A stretch of DNA of 64,000 nt from Candidatus Methylomirabilota bacterium. GTDB taxonomy: Bacteria > Methylomirabilota > Methylomirabilia > Rokubacteriales > CSP1-6. The stretch is taken from the NCBI GenBank assembly GCA_035635755.1, contig DASQAK010000198.1, forward strand, positions 12,710 to 76,709, written 5' to 3'. This document shows positions 1 to 8,360 of the stretch, in pieces. The first letter of the stretch is position 1; every line of letters begins with the position of its first letter. The notes under the pieces were generated by a model that was given only the letters and a program-made list of their open reading frames with translations, was not told the DNA's origin and did not search any database. Both the position numbers and the translations under genes were made by a program.

Positions 1-959
1 TTCGCGAGCACGGGCCGACCGCGCAGCTTCCCGTCATCATGCTCACCGCCAAGGCCCAGCTCGCCGACAAGATCCAGGGCTTCGATCGCGGTGCCGACGA
101 CTACGTCGCCAAGCCCTTCGAGCCCTCGGAGATGCTGGCCCGCGTGCAGTCGCTCCTCAAGCGCACGGCGCTCGCGCGGCTGACCGGACCGCTCATGGGC
201 GTGCTGGGCGATTGGTTCAATCGAGAAGGCGTGGCGCAGCTCACCCGGGATCTCGAGGCCGCGCGCGACATCCAGCAGCGCCTGCAGCCGGCCGTGCCCT
301 CCGCGCTCGCCGGGCTCGAGGTGGGCGCCTTGCTCCGTCCCTCGACCATGGTCGGGGGCGACTTCTTCGACATCTTCCCGATGGGCGAGCGCATCGGGGT
401 GGCCGTGGGTGACGTCTCCGGCAAGGGCATCCCCGCCGCTCTCCTCATGGTCATGGTCCGCACGCTGCTCCGCGAGATCGCGCGCGGGCTCAGCGAGCCC
501 GCCGAGGTCCTGGCCAAGCTCAACGCCTCCCTGTGCCGCGACATGCCGCCGTCCATGTTCGTCACCCTCGTCCTCGGCGTGCTCTCTCCGGGGCACGTGG
601 GACGGATCGCCCTCGCCTCGGGCGGGCACCCGGAGCCGCTCCTGATGCGCGCCGCGGGAATCCCGGCCCCCGTTCGCGTCGGCGGCATGATCCTGGGCGT
701 GTTCGAGGAGACGCGCTTCGAGCAGGTCGAGATCGACCTCGAGTCGGGGGACAGCCTCGTCCTTCTGACCGACGGCCTCATCGAGGCTCCGGAGAGCGGG
801 GGCAAGCGTCCCGGGCTGCCGCGCGTGCTCGACGCCCTCGTTCGCGCGCGCGCGCTCACGGCTCAGCGACAGGCCGAGGCCCTGACCGCGGACGTGCTCG
901 AGCGCGGGACGGCCCAGGTGCACGATGACATGACGACGTTCATCCTCAAGCGTCCCTAG
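1..959 (+). CDS. Response regulator (receiver domain, 5' end cut by window edge) fused to a PP2C/SpoIIE-family serine phosphatase; RsbU/HsbR-like
   Basis: The frame is open from nt 3. The N-terminal stretch reads ..[40 protein letters not shown], which is the C-terminal half of a CheY-like receiver. It is followed by SpoIIE/PP2C motifs GGDFFDIF and [15 protein letters not shown], and the C-terminal DDMTTFILK. Stop at 957-959. Confidence 0.9.
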   Translation, partial: REHGPTAQLPVIMLTAKAQLADKIQGFDRGADDYVAKPFEPSEMLARVQSLLKRTALARLTGPLMGVLGDWFNREGVAQLTRDLEAARDIQQRLQPAVPSALAGLEVGALLRPSTMVGGDFFDIFPMGERIGVAVGDVSGKGIPAALLMVMVRTLLREIARGLSEPAEVLAKLNASLCRDMPPSMFVTLVLGVLSPGHVGRIALASGGHPEPLLMRAAGIPAPVRVGGMILGVFEETRFEQVEIDLESGDSLVLLTDGLIEAPESGGKRPGLPRVLDALVRARALTAQRQAEALTADVLERGTAQVHDDMTTFILKRP

Positions 960-968
960 GAGACGGCC

Positions 969-1520
969 GTGCCCAGAGTGCGCGAGATCGAAGACGACGG
1001 CGGCGATCCCATCCTGAAGGAGGCTTTCGCCAAGCAGCGCGAGGTCTTCGGGGGCCTCTTGAATCCGACCAAGGTCCTCGCGCACTGCCCACCCATCCTC
1101 AAGGCGGCCGCCCAGCTCTCGGGCTCCATCGAGAAGTCGGGCCGGCTGCCCGCCGAGCTGCTGCCTCTCATCTACCTGCGCGTGGCGCTGATCAACGGCT
1201 GCCCGTTCTGAATTGACATCAACGCATCCCGGGGGATGCAGGCGGGGGCGGATGACGACAAGGTGCGCGAGGTGCCGACCTGGCGCGAAAGCCGGCGCTT
1301 CTCGACCATGGAGCGGGTGGCCCTCGAGTACGCGGAGGCCATGACCATCACGGGTCAGAAGGTGAGCGACGAGCTCTTTGCGCGCCTCAAGAGTATCTTC
1401 GACGACGGCCAGATCGTGGAGCTGACGGCGGCGGTCGCCCTGGAAAACTTCCGGAGCAAGTTCAACGTGCCCCTGGGGGTCGAGTCCCAGGGCTTCTGCG
1501 TGCTCAAGCCGTCGAGCTAA
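969..1520 (+). CDS. Carboxymuconolactone decarboxylase (CMD)/AhpD-like family protein containing an in-frame UGA at 1209-1211; candidate selenoprotein, alternatively a nonsense-disrupted gene
   Basis: ORFs 969-1211 and 1236-1520 are in the same frame. Joined, they read ..LRVALINGCPF[UGA]IDINASRG..VPTWRESRRFSTMERVALEYAEAMT.., which is one continuous CMD domain. The UGA falls where the second Cys of the NGCxxC redox motif is expected. GC3 stays high across the junction. Confidence 0.6.
1224..1239 (+). promoter_or_regulatory. Candidate SECIS-like hairpin (GCATCC-CGGG-GGATGC) starting 12 nt downstream of the in-frame UGA
   Basis: Perfect 6-bp stem with a G-rich 4-nt loop. The UGA-to-loop distance of about 19-22 nt lies within the range described for bacterial SECIS elements. 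Confidence 0.35.
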
Positions 1521-1521
1521 T

Positions 1522-1547
1522 CGCCGTCGGCTCTCCCCGCGACGGCG
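1522..1547. terminator. GC-rich hairpin between convergent genes (possible bidirectional terminator)
   Basis: CGCCGTCG (1522-1529) pairs with CGACGGCG (1540-1547) around a 10-nt loop. It lies between the stop at 1520 (+) and the stop at 1551 (-). There is no clear U-tract. Confidence 0.4.
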
Positions 1548-1550
1548 CGG

Positions 1551-1826
1551 TCAGCGTGGCCGCTCGGCCGGAGCGAGCGATCGGCCGCGCACCACCATCT
1601 CGTGCACTTCGTGGCCGCCCGCGGTGCACAGCCCCTCTTCCAGAGTCTCGCACTGGCCCTTGCGGACCACGGCGTAGAGGAACCGCGCCAGGTGCACGTG
1701 CTGCTCGGGCTTGACCTTGGCGGCAGTGGCGAGATGGGCGACGCAGTAGCCGAGCGGAAGACTCCCGGGCAGCTGGCGCTGGAGCACCGCCAGGACGCGT
1801 TCTTCCTGCGATCGCGACAGAACCAT
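1551..1826 (-). CDS. Hypothetical small protein (91 aa, three Cys)
   Basis: The minus-strand frame has strong G/C third-position bias and a non-repetitive protein-like composition. The overlapping + ORF 1602-1865 looks like its shadow. No family recognised. Confidence 0.55.
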   Translation of the reverse strand: MVLSRSQEERVLAVLQRQLPGSLPLGYCVAHLATAAKVKPEQHVHLARFLYAVVRKGQCETLEEGLCTAGGHEVHEMVVRGRSLAPAERPR

Positions 1827-1992
1827 CGTTCCCTCGCTACCTCCGCGCGAATGCTGGAGTCATGAGCAAGATCGCCCCCGTACTGAGAACAGCAATTTCA
1901 GGGCCACCGGGCGAGTCCGAGCACAATCAGTGGGTTAGACGACACCCTGGCCGGGCTTTGACGGAGAAGGGCAGAGGAGGTGACGTGGGGGC

Positions 1993-2457
1993 TCAATGAG
2001 CGCCCTGGTGGCTGCCCCGGCGCAACAAGACGATCAGATACCACACGATAGCGATATTGATCGCGATGACGGTGAGACGCGTCGGGGTCACGTGTCGCCA
2101 CAGCTCGTAGAGCTCGAGCGGAATGAACGAGCCCGTCACGATGACGGTGAAGTATTCCGCCCAGCGCTTCCGCAGGAGCAGGCCGACGCCTTCGGTCAGA
2201 AGCAGGGCGGCGTAGCCAAAGGTGCCCGCGCTGATCGCTCTCAGCTTGCGGTCATCGACAGACAGCAGCCGGGTCAGCAGGCGATCAGCAAGGCGGCCCT
2301 CCGGGTCGACATGGACCTGATCGAGCCAGCCCGCGACCACGTCGGCCACGTCCTTGTGCACCAAGTGCAGGGCCCCGACACCGACGACCACGAGCAGGAG
2401 GCCCTTGACCAGCTTGAAGCCTCCGATCAGCCAGAGGGCTTTATCGCTGGAAGGCAT
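1993..2457 (-). CDS. DUF2127-family small membrane protein
   Basis: 154 aa with about 4 hydrophobic helices. The N-terminal stretch LWLIGGFKLVKGLLLVVVGVGAL and the segment RKRWAEYFTVIVTGSFIPLELYEL are typical of DUF2127 proteins. Confidence 0.75.
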   Translation of the reverse strand: MPSSDKALWLIGGFKLVKGLLLVVVGVGALHLVHKDVADVVAGWLDQVHVDPEGRLADRLLTRLLSVDDRKLRAISAGTFGYAALLLTEGVGLLLRKRWAEYFTVIVTGSFIPLELYELWRHVTPTRLTVIAINIAIVWYLIVLLRRGSHQGAH

Positions 2458-2610
2458 GAGGGCTCAAGGGCCTCACCATGGATTGAGAGTAGCAGAAGGC
2501 TCCCGGGAATCCGGGCATCCCCTGACGGGAATGTCTCCGATTCCGTGTGATAAAGGGACCGGGCGAGGAACTCCCGGCCTGCGGCCGGATGGTGATATTC
2601 TGGCCAAGTC

Positions 2611-4443
2611 ATGTGCGGCATCGTCGGCTACGTCGGGGGCAACTTCGCCGAGATCGTGGTGGTGGACGGTCTCAAGCGCCTGGAGTACCGCGGCTATGAC
2701 TCCGCGGGTCTCGCCGTCCCCCTCGACGGCGGTCTCAAGCTCCGCCGCCGGGTCGGCAAGATCATCAATCTGGAGCGCGAGGTGCTCAAGGAGCCCCTGC
2801 AGGCGCACGTGGGCATCGGGCATACGCGCTGGGCCACGCATGGCGCCCCCACCGAGGCCAACACCCATCCGCATACGGACGCGGCCGGGCGCATCGCCGT
2901 CGTGCACAACGGCATCATCGAGAACTACCTGGAGCTACGCCACGAGCTCGAGACGGCCGGCGATCACTTCACCTCGGCCACCGACACCGAGGTCGTGCCC
3001 CATCTGGTCGCCGCGGGGATGGCTCGAGGGCTCGGCCTCGTGGAGGCGTTCCGTGCGGCCCTCCGGCGACTCGAGGGCAGCTTTGCCCTCGGTCTCGTCT
3101 CGGCCAGCCATCCGGGCGTGATTCTCGGCGCCCGCCGGTCGAGCCCGCTCGTCGTCGGCTATGGCGAGGGAGAGTTCCTCCTCGCCTCGGACGTCCTCGC
3201 GATCCAGTCCTATGCGGAGGCGGTGAGCTATCTCGAGGACGGCGACGTCTGCGTCATCGAGGCCTCGGGGGTGACCCTGAGCGATCTCGAGGGGCGCCCC
3301 GTGGAGCGGCCCCGCCACAAGGTGAATCGCGAGAGCCTGGCCGTGCACAAGGAAGGCTATCGCCACTTCATGGCCAAGGAGATCCACGAGCAGCCGCGCG
3401 TGCTCGCCCAGACCATCTCGGGCCGCATCGCCGACAGCGGCCGCGACGTGGTGCTCGACGGCGTCGGCCTCACGGGCGACCAGGTGCGCGAGCTCGAGCA
3501 CGTCCAGATCGTCGCCTGCGGGACGTCATGGCACGCCGGGCTCCTCGGCCGCTACCTCATCGAGGGCCTGGCGGGCATCCCCGTTCGCGTGGACTACGGA
3601 TCGGAATTCCGAGGGCGCGCCGCGCTGCTGCCGAAGCGCTCGCTCTTCCTCACCATCTCGCAGTCGGGAGAGACCGCCGACACGCTCACGGCGCTCCGGG
3701 GCATCCGGGGGCAGGGCGTGCGGACGCTGACCGTCTGCAACGTGCCGACCTCCTCCATGGTCCGGGAGTCCGACGACGCGCTGCTCACCCTGGTCGGCCC
3801 CGAGATCGGCGTCGCCTCGACCAAGGCCTTCACCGGACAGATCCTCGCCCTCGCCCTCCTGGCCGCCCACTGGGGCGTGGCGCGAGGGACGCTGAGCCCG
3901 GTGGACGCGGAGAGTTTCCTGGACCATCTCGTCCGGCTCCCAGGGCTGGTGGAGCACGCCTTCACCGTCGAGCCGGTCCTGCTCGAGGAAGCGCGCGGGC
4001 TGGCGGATGTGCGGAGCGTCCTCTATCTCGGGCGAGGCATCAACTACCCCGTGGCCCTGGAGGGCGCGCTCAAGCTCAAGGAGCTCTCGTATATCCATGC
4101 CGAGGGCTATCCGGCGGGCGAGATGAAGCACGGGCCCATCGCGCTCATCGACCCCCGCTTCCCCGTGATTGCCGTGGCGGGGAGCGGTCAGGACCAGGCC
4201 AAGCTCCTGTCGAACCTCTCCGAGGTGCGGGCGCGCGAGGCGCGGGTCACTCTCGTCACCACCGATCCCGAGACGCCGGCGAGCGCCGCGGACCGGCTCA
4301 TCGTGGTGCCGCGGACTTCGCCGTGGCTCGAGCCCATCCTCCTCGTGCTCCCGCTCCAGCTCTTGGCCTATCACACCGCGGTGCTCAAGGGCTCGGACGT
4401 GGATCAGCCGCGCAACCTCGCCAAGAGCGTGACCGTCGAATGA
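2611..4443 (+). CDS. glmS: Glutamine--fructose-6-phosphate aminotransferase (isomerizing)
   Basis: Begins MCGIVGY (N-terminal nucleophile Cys). 610 aa with two SIS domains (SQSGETADT, EGALKLKE). Ends ..PRNLAKSVTVE, the canonical GlmS C-terminus. Confidence 0.97.
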   Translation: MCGIVGYVGGNFAEIVVVDGLKRLEYRGYDSAGLAVPLDGGLKLRRRVGKIINLEREVLKEPLQAHVGIGHTRWATHGAPTEANTHPHTDAAGRIAVVHNGIIENYLELRHELETAGDHFTSATDTEVVPHLVAAGMARGLGLVEAFRAALRRLEGSFALGLVSASHPGVILGARRSSPLVVGYGEGEFLLASDVLAIQSYAEAVSYLEDGDVCVIEASGVTLSDLEGRPVERPRHKVNRESLAVHKEGYRHFMAKEIHEQPRVLAQTISGRIADSGRDVVLDGVGLTGDQVRELEHVQIVACGTSWHAGLLGRYLIEGLAGIPVRVDYGSEFRGRAALLPKRSLFLTISQSGETADTLTALRGIRGQGVRTLTVCNVPTSSMVRESDDALLTLVGPEIGVASTKAFTGQILALALLAAHWGVARGTLSPVDAESFLDHLVRLPGLVEHAFTVEPVLLEEARGLADVRSVLYLGRGINYPVALEGALKLKELSYIHAEGYPAGEMKHGPIALIDPRFPVIAVAGSGQDQAKLLSNLSEVRAREARVTLVTTDPETPASAADRLIVVPRTSPWLEPILLVLPLQLLAYHTAVLKGSDVDQPRNLAKSVTVE

Positions 4444-4901
4444 CGCGCCCCGCCGCCAAAGGCACCTTTTCCATGACGAGCGAGGCGGGCGAGCTCGTCC
4501 GCCTGCGGAAATGGCTGCGCGAGGAGCTCGAAGGGCACGGCGTGCCGCGGCCCGACCAGTCGAACCTGCTCCTGGCCGTCGGCGAGCTCTGCAACAACTC
4601 GATCCAGCACGCCTATGAGGGCCAGTCCGGCAAGCCCATCCGCGTCTCTGTGCGATCCAGCGACGAGGCGCTGACCATAGAGGTCGAGGACTTCGGCAAG
4701 CCCTTCGACGCCGAGCAGTACGAGGCGCCGAATTTGGAGGCCGTGCCCGATCACGGATACGGCCTCTTCCTCGTGAAGACCATTGCCGATAACCTCTCCG
4801 TTGACATTGCCCGAGAACGCGGCACCCGGTGGACCATCGTCAAGTACCGCCCCGGCCGCGGACCCGCGGTCGGTACGAAGGACGGGGTTTCCCGTTCGTG
4901 A
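4440..4901 (+). CDS. Anti-sigma-factor-type serine protein kinase (RsbW/SpoIIAB-like, HATPase_c_2)
   Basis: The ATG at 4440 overlaps the glmS stop (ATGA). N-box ELCNNSIQHA, G1 box VEDFGKPFD, G2 box HGYGLFLV. About 153 aa. The long upstream extension of ORF 3528-4901 is a glmS shadow. Confidence 0.85.
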   Translation: MTRPAAKGTFSMTSEAGELVRLRKWLREELEGHGVPRPDQSNLLLAVGELCNNSIQHAYEGQSGKPIRVSVRSSDEALTIEVEDFGKPFDAEQYEAPNLEAVPDHGYGLFLVKTIADNLSVDIARERGTRWTIVKYRPGRGPAVGTKDGVSRS

Positions 4902-4913
4902 GTGGAGGAGAGC

Positions 4914-5249
4914 ATGGACATTGATGTGACCCAGTCCAGCGAGGTGACCGTGGTCGCCCCGAAAGGCGACCTGGACATGGCGGCCGCGGACCAGGTGAAG
5001 CGGACGCTCACCGGACTCATCGGGCAGGGTCAATCGCGGCTCGTCATGGATCTGGGCGGCGTGGGCTATATCGACAGCTCGGGCATGGGAGTGCTCGTCG
5101 CGTCGATGAAGCAGGCCCGGGCCGCGGGCGGGGACGTCCGGCTCTGTGGCCTGCAGGAGGATGTCCGCGCCATCTTCGAGATGACCCGCCTGATCAAGGC
5201 CATGAGCGTCCACCCGACGCGTCAGGAGGCGCTCGCCTCTTGGCGCTAG
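4914..5249 (+). CDS. STAS-domain anti-sigma-factor antagonist (RsbV/SpoIIAA/HsbA-like)
   Basis: GGAGGAG sits upstream of the ATG at 4914; an alternative GTG lies at 4902, directly after the kinase stop. The GYIDSSGMGVLV motif carries the conserved phosphorylatable Ser (codon 5076-5078). About 111 aa. Confidence 0.88.
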   Translation: MDIDVTQSSEVTVVAPKGDLDMAAADQVKRTLTGLIGQGQSRLVMDLGGVGYIDSSGMGVLVASMKQARAAGGDVRLCGLQEDVRAIFEMTRLIKAMSVHPTRQEALASWR

Positions 5250-6103
5250 GCCGCCGGCTGCTCGCCATCACATTGGCGATCATGTCCGGCGGCACCGCAT
5301 GGGCCGGCCCCTTCCCGACCGGGCCGCTGGGCGGGGTCAAGACCTGGGCCGTCTACTACGGGGCGGCGCCCGAGACGGCTGCCGAGCTCGCCCGCTTCGA
5401 TCTCGTCGTCCTCGACCCGACCCGGCACCCGCCGCTCAACAACGTGAAGCGCCACGGCGCTTTGCTGCTCATGTATGTGAGTTTGGGTGAGGTCAATATC
5501 CACTCGCCGGCCTATCCGTCCATCGCCACGGAGCCGTGGGTGCTCGCCCCCAATCCGAACTGGCCCGAGGCTCGGCGACTCGATCCGCGTGCTCCGGGCT
5601 ACGAACGGTGGCTGCTCGAGCAGGTCGTGCCCGCGGCCCTCGCGGGGCCGGTCAATGGGCTCTTTCTCGACACGGCGGACACGCCAATGGAGCTCGAGCG
5701 GGCCGAGCCCGCACGCTTTGGCGGAGCGACCGAGGCGCTCGAGCGGGTGCTGGGGGCCCTCCACCGGGCGCATCCGCGCGCTCTGCTCGTCCTCAACGGC
5801 GGGCTGCCCCTCGTGGAGCGCTCCCGCCCCATGCTCGCCGGCGTGGCGGTCGAGTCGATCCTGACCGACTACGACTTCAAGGCCCAGCGGTACCGGGCGC
5901 GCGCGCCGGAGGCGGCGCGCGAGCGCGCGGCGGCCCTCCGGCGCGTCACCGCGCTCGGCCTCCCTGTCCTGGCCCTGGAGTACGCGCCACCGGATGACGC
6001 CGGCTGGACGCAGAGCCTGATCATCAAGACCCGCGAGGCGGGCCTGATTCCGTACATTTCAACAATCGGACTGGACAAAGTTTTCACTCAGACGCTACGC
6101 TAG
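5240..6103 (+). CDS. pelA: Secreted glycoside hydrolase resembling the N-terminal hydrolase domain of PelA (GH114/GH166-like alpha-1,4-galactosaminidase fold)
   Basis: A TTG start at 5240 overlaps the STAS stop and gives a Sec signal peptide MALGRRLLAITLAIMSGGTAWA/G. The composition is TIM-barrel-like. It sits directly 5' of the deacetylase ORF, in pelA position. Confidence 0.65.
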   Translation: MALGRRLLAITLAIMSGGTAWAGPFPTGPLGGVKTWAVYYGAAPETAAELARFDLVVLDPTRHPPLNNVKRHGALLLMYVSLGEVNIHSPAYPSIATEPWVLAPNPNWPEARRLDPRAPGYERWLLEQVVPAALAGPVNGLFLDTADTPMELERAEPARFGGATEALERVLGALHRAHPRALLVLNGGLPLVERSRPMLAGVAVESILTDYDFKAQRYRARAPEAARERAAALRRVTALGLPVLALEYAPPDDAGWTQSLIIKTREAGLIPYISTIGLDKVFTQTLR

Positions 6104-6109
6104 GGTCCG

Positions 6110-8347
6110 ATGCCCGAGGTGATGCTTTCCCGGCGCGCCCTCCTGAAGGGGTCACTGGCGATGGGAGCACTGACTCTGGACCCTCGGGCCGCTCTCGCCG
6201 CCAACGCCCTGCGTCGCCCCGAGGTCGCCCCGGGCGATGGCGAGCTCCCCCGCCGGGTCCTGGCCCTCTACAAGTCCTCCGAGCTCTACAACGCCGTGGA
6301 GGGCGCTCGCCCCAAGACGGCCTGGCTCAACGAGGTCCACGCCTGGGCCCAGATGCCGCTGAACTGGCTCGGGCTCATGGTCGACTACCACGACGTCGCG
6401 CGTGGCCTCCCCGACGAAGCGCAGATGGGGCGCTACCGCGGCGTGCTTACCTGGCACCAGACCGAGGAGATCGACGATCCGCTCGGCTACCTCCAGTGGC
6501 TCGCCGCGCAGGTCCGCGCGGGCCGCCGCCTCGTGATCCTGGGCAACCTCGGGGCCTATCGCGATCGCAAGACCCTCAAGACGCCGGGCCTGGACGAGAT
6601 CTCGCTCGCCCTCGCGCCCACCGGGCTCGAGTTCCGGGGACGCTGGACGGGCAACTCGCGGGTCATCGAGCTCCGCCAGAAGAATGCCGCCATGGTCGAG
6701 TTCGAGCGGGCCCTGCCGCCCGCCCTGCCGAACTACTATCAGGTCGTCTCGCGCCGGACGGACAGCCGCGTGCACCTCACGATCGGCCGCAAGGACGCTC
6801 CCGACTCGGACAGCCACCTCGTCGTGACGGGCCCGTGGGGCGGGTTCGCGGGGGAGGACTACGTCCGCTACCAGCAGGCCGTGCCCTACGCGGCGCCTGC
6901 CCTCGGAGGCAGCGCACGGGTGGACGCCTCGTACCAGCAGCTCGAGGCATTTCGCACCCGCTGGTGGATCAACCCCTTCGCCTTCTTCGAGGCGGCGCTC
7001 GGCCTCGAGGAATGGCCCCGGCCTGACGTGACCACGCTCAACGGGCGGCGCCTCTTCTACAGCCACATCGACGGGGACGGGATGCGCAACGTGTCCGAGG
7101 TGCGACCCCAGGCGCTGTCCGGCGAGGTCATCCACGACGAGATCCTGTCGAAGGTGCCCCTGCCCATCTCCGTGTCGGTGGTCGTGGCCGAGGTCGATCC
7201 CGAGCTCCTGGGCTCGGCGCGGACCCAGGGCTTGGCGCGCGCCATGTTCGCCCTGCCCAATGTCGAGGCGGCCAGCCATTCCTTCACGCACCCGCTCGAC
7301 TGGGAGAAGCGCACGCGGAGCTTCGATCTGCCGCGTCTGCCGTACTCCGTGGAGACCGAGATCGCGGGCTCCGTCCGCTACATCGAGGAGCGGCTTCTGC
7401 CCCGCGGCAAGCGTGTGAGGCTCTTCCAATGGTCGGGGTCGACGCGGGTGAGTGAGGAGGCCCTCGCCCTCGTCGAGCGGCTCGGGCTGCCGAACATCAA
7501 CGGCGGCGACTCCATGTTCGATCGCGAGTGGCCGTCGTACACGAAGGTCGCCCCCCTCGGGCGCGCGGTCGGGCGGTACTGGCAAAGCTATACCTCGGCG
7601 GCCAACGAGAACCTCTACACGAACCTCTGGGCGGGGCCCTTCTACGGCTTTCGCCATGTCGTGGAGACGTTCAAGAGCACGGAGAGTCCGCGCCGGGTCA
7701 GCCCCGTCAACGTCTACTATCACTTCTACTCGGGAGAGCGCGTGGCTTCGCTGGCTGCGTTGCGTGTCGTCTACGACTGGGCGAGACGACAGCCGGTGGC
7801 CCCGGTCTTCACCAGCGAGTACCTGGCCATGGTCGAGGGTTTCCGCACGGCCCGCGTCGCGCGCGCGGGGGCAGGGTACCGGGTGTGGGACCATGGCGCG
7901 CTCCGGACTATTCGGTTCGACGCGGGTCGGTTCGACGCGGGTCGGTTCGACGCTGGGCGGTCCGACGCGGGCCACGCAGCGGTGGACATGACGCGCTCGC
8001 GCGGCGTGCTGGGGTTCACCCGCCACCAGGGCTCGCTCTATGTCCATCTCGAGGGACCCGGCGAGGCCTTCATCGTGCCCTCGGCGACGCCAGGCCCCGG
8101 CCCCTACCTGGCGGGGGCCAGCCATCGCGTCTCCCGCTGGCAGCGCCAGGGAAGAGACTGGAGCTTCAAGCTCGAAGGCATAGGCGCCAAGTCTGCCGAG
8201 ATCGGGGGACTGCGGGCGGGGGAGGAGACGCAAGTCGAGATCAGCGGGAGCGAGGGCACGCGCCACGTGCGGGCCCGCGTCTCAACTGAGGGCATCCTCG
8301 CCCTCACGCTCGGCGACGGCCCCGAGGTCCAGGTGCGCGTCCTGTGA
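6110..8347 (+). CDS. pelA: Tat-exported polysaccharide deacetylase (CE4) multidomain protein, corresponding to the C-terminal two-thirds of PelA
   Basis: Twin-arginine signal MLSRRALLKGSLAMGALTL. CE4 motifs SHIDGDG and HSFTHP (H-S-x-x-H). 745 aa. Position in the locus fits pelA. Confidence 0.75.
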   Translation: MPEVMLSRRALLKGSLAMGALTLDPRAALAANALRRPEVAPGDGELPRRVLALYKSSELYNAVEGARPKTAWLNEVHAWAQMPLNWLGLMVDYHDVARGLPDEAQMGRYRGVLTWHQTEEIDDPLGYLQWLAAQVRAGRRLVILGNLGAYRDRKTLKTPGLDEISLALAPTGLEFRGRWTGNSRVIELRQKNAAMVEFERALPPALPNYYQVVSRRTDSRVHLTIGRKDAPDSDSHLVVTGPWGGFAGEDYVRYQQAVPYAAPALGGSARVDASYQQLEAFRTRWWINPFAFFEAALGLEEWPRPDVTTLNGRRLFYSHIDGDGMRNVSEVRPQALSGEVIHDEILSKVPLPISVSVVVAEVDPELLGSARTQGLARAMFALPNVEAASHSFTHPLDWEKRTRSFDLPRLPYSVETEIAGSVRYIEERLLPRGKRVRLFQWSGSTRVSEEALALVERLGLPNINGGDSMFDREWPSYTKVAPLGRAVGRYWQSYTSAANENLYTNLWAGPFYGFRHVVETFKSTESPRRVSPVNVYYHFYSGERVASLAALRVVYDWARRQPVAPVFTSEYLAMVEGFRTARVARAGAGYRVWDHGALRTIRFDAGRFDAGRFDAGRSDAGHAAVDMTRSRGVLGFTRHQGSLYVHLEGPGEAFIVPSATPGPGPYLAGASHRVSRWQRQGRDWSFKLEGIGAKSAEIGGLRAGEETQVEISGSEGTRHVRARVSTEGILALTLGDGPEVQVRVL
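7913..7972 (+). repeat. In-frame 15-bp tandem repeat x4 (CGGTTCGACGCGGGT) encoding (RFDAG)n inside the PelA-like deacetylase
   Basis: Direct reading: cggttcgacgcgggt / cggttcgacgcgggt / cggttcgacgctggg / cggtccgacgcgggc. Confidence 0.9.
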
Positions 8348-8360
8348 ACCTCAACCGCCC

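Noticed and set aside
1236-1520. Independent 94-aa gene starting at the ATG at 1236.
   Set aside because: It would encode only the C-terminal half of a CMD domain. It is in frame with 969-1211, and the domain reads continuously through the UGA. It is treated as one gene (Sec or nonsense).
2458-2610. glmS ribozyme or other leader element upstream of glmS.
   Set aside because: I could not find the conserved glmS ribozyme core or a convincing structure or promoter in the 153-bp divergent spacer. Nothing there is supportable by eye.
3528-4439. Long N-terminal extension of the kinase ORF (3528-4901, 457 aa).
   Set aside because: The extension overlaps glmS out of frame and is Arg/Pro/Gly-rich shadow sequence. 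Kinase homology begins at the ATG at 4440, which overlaps the glmS stop.
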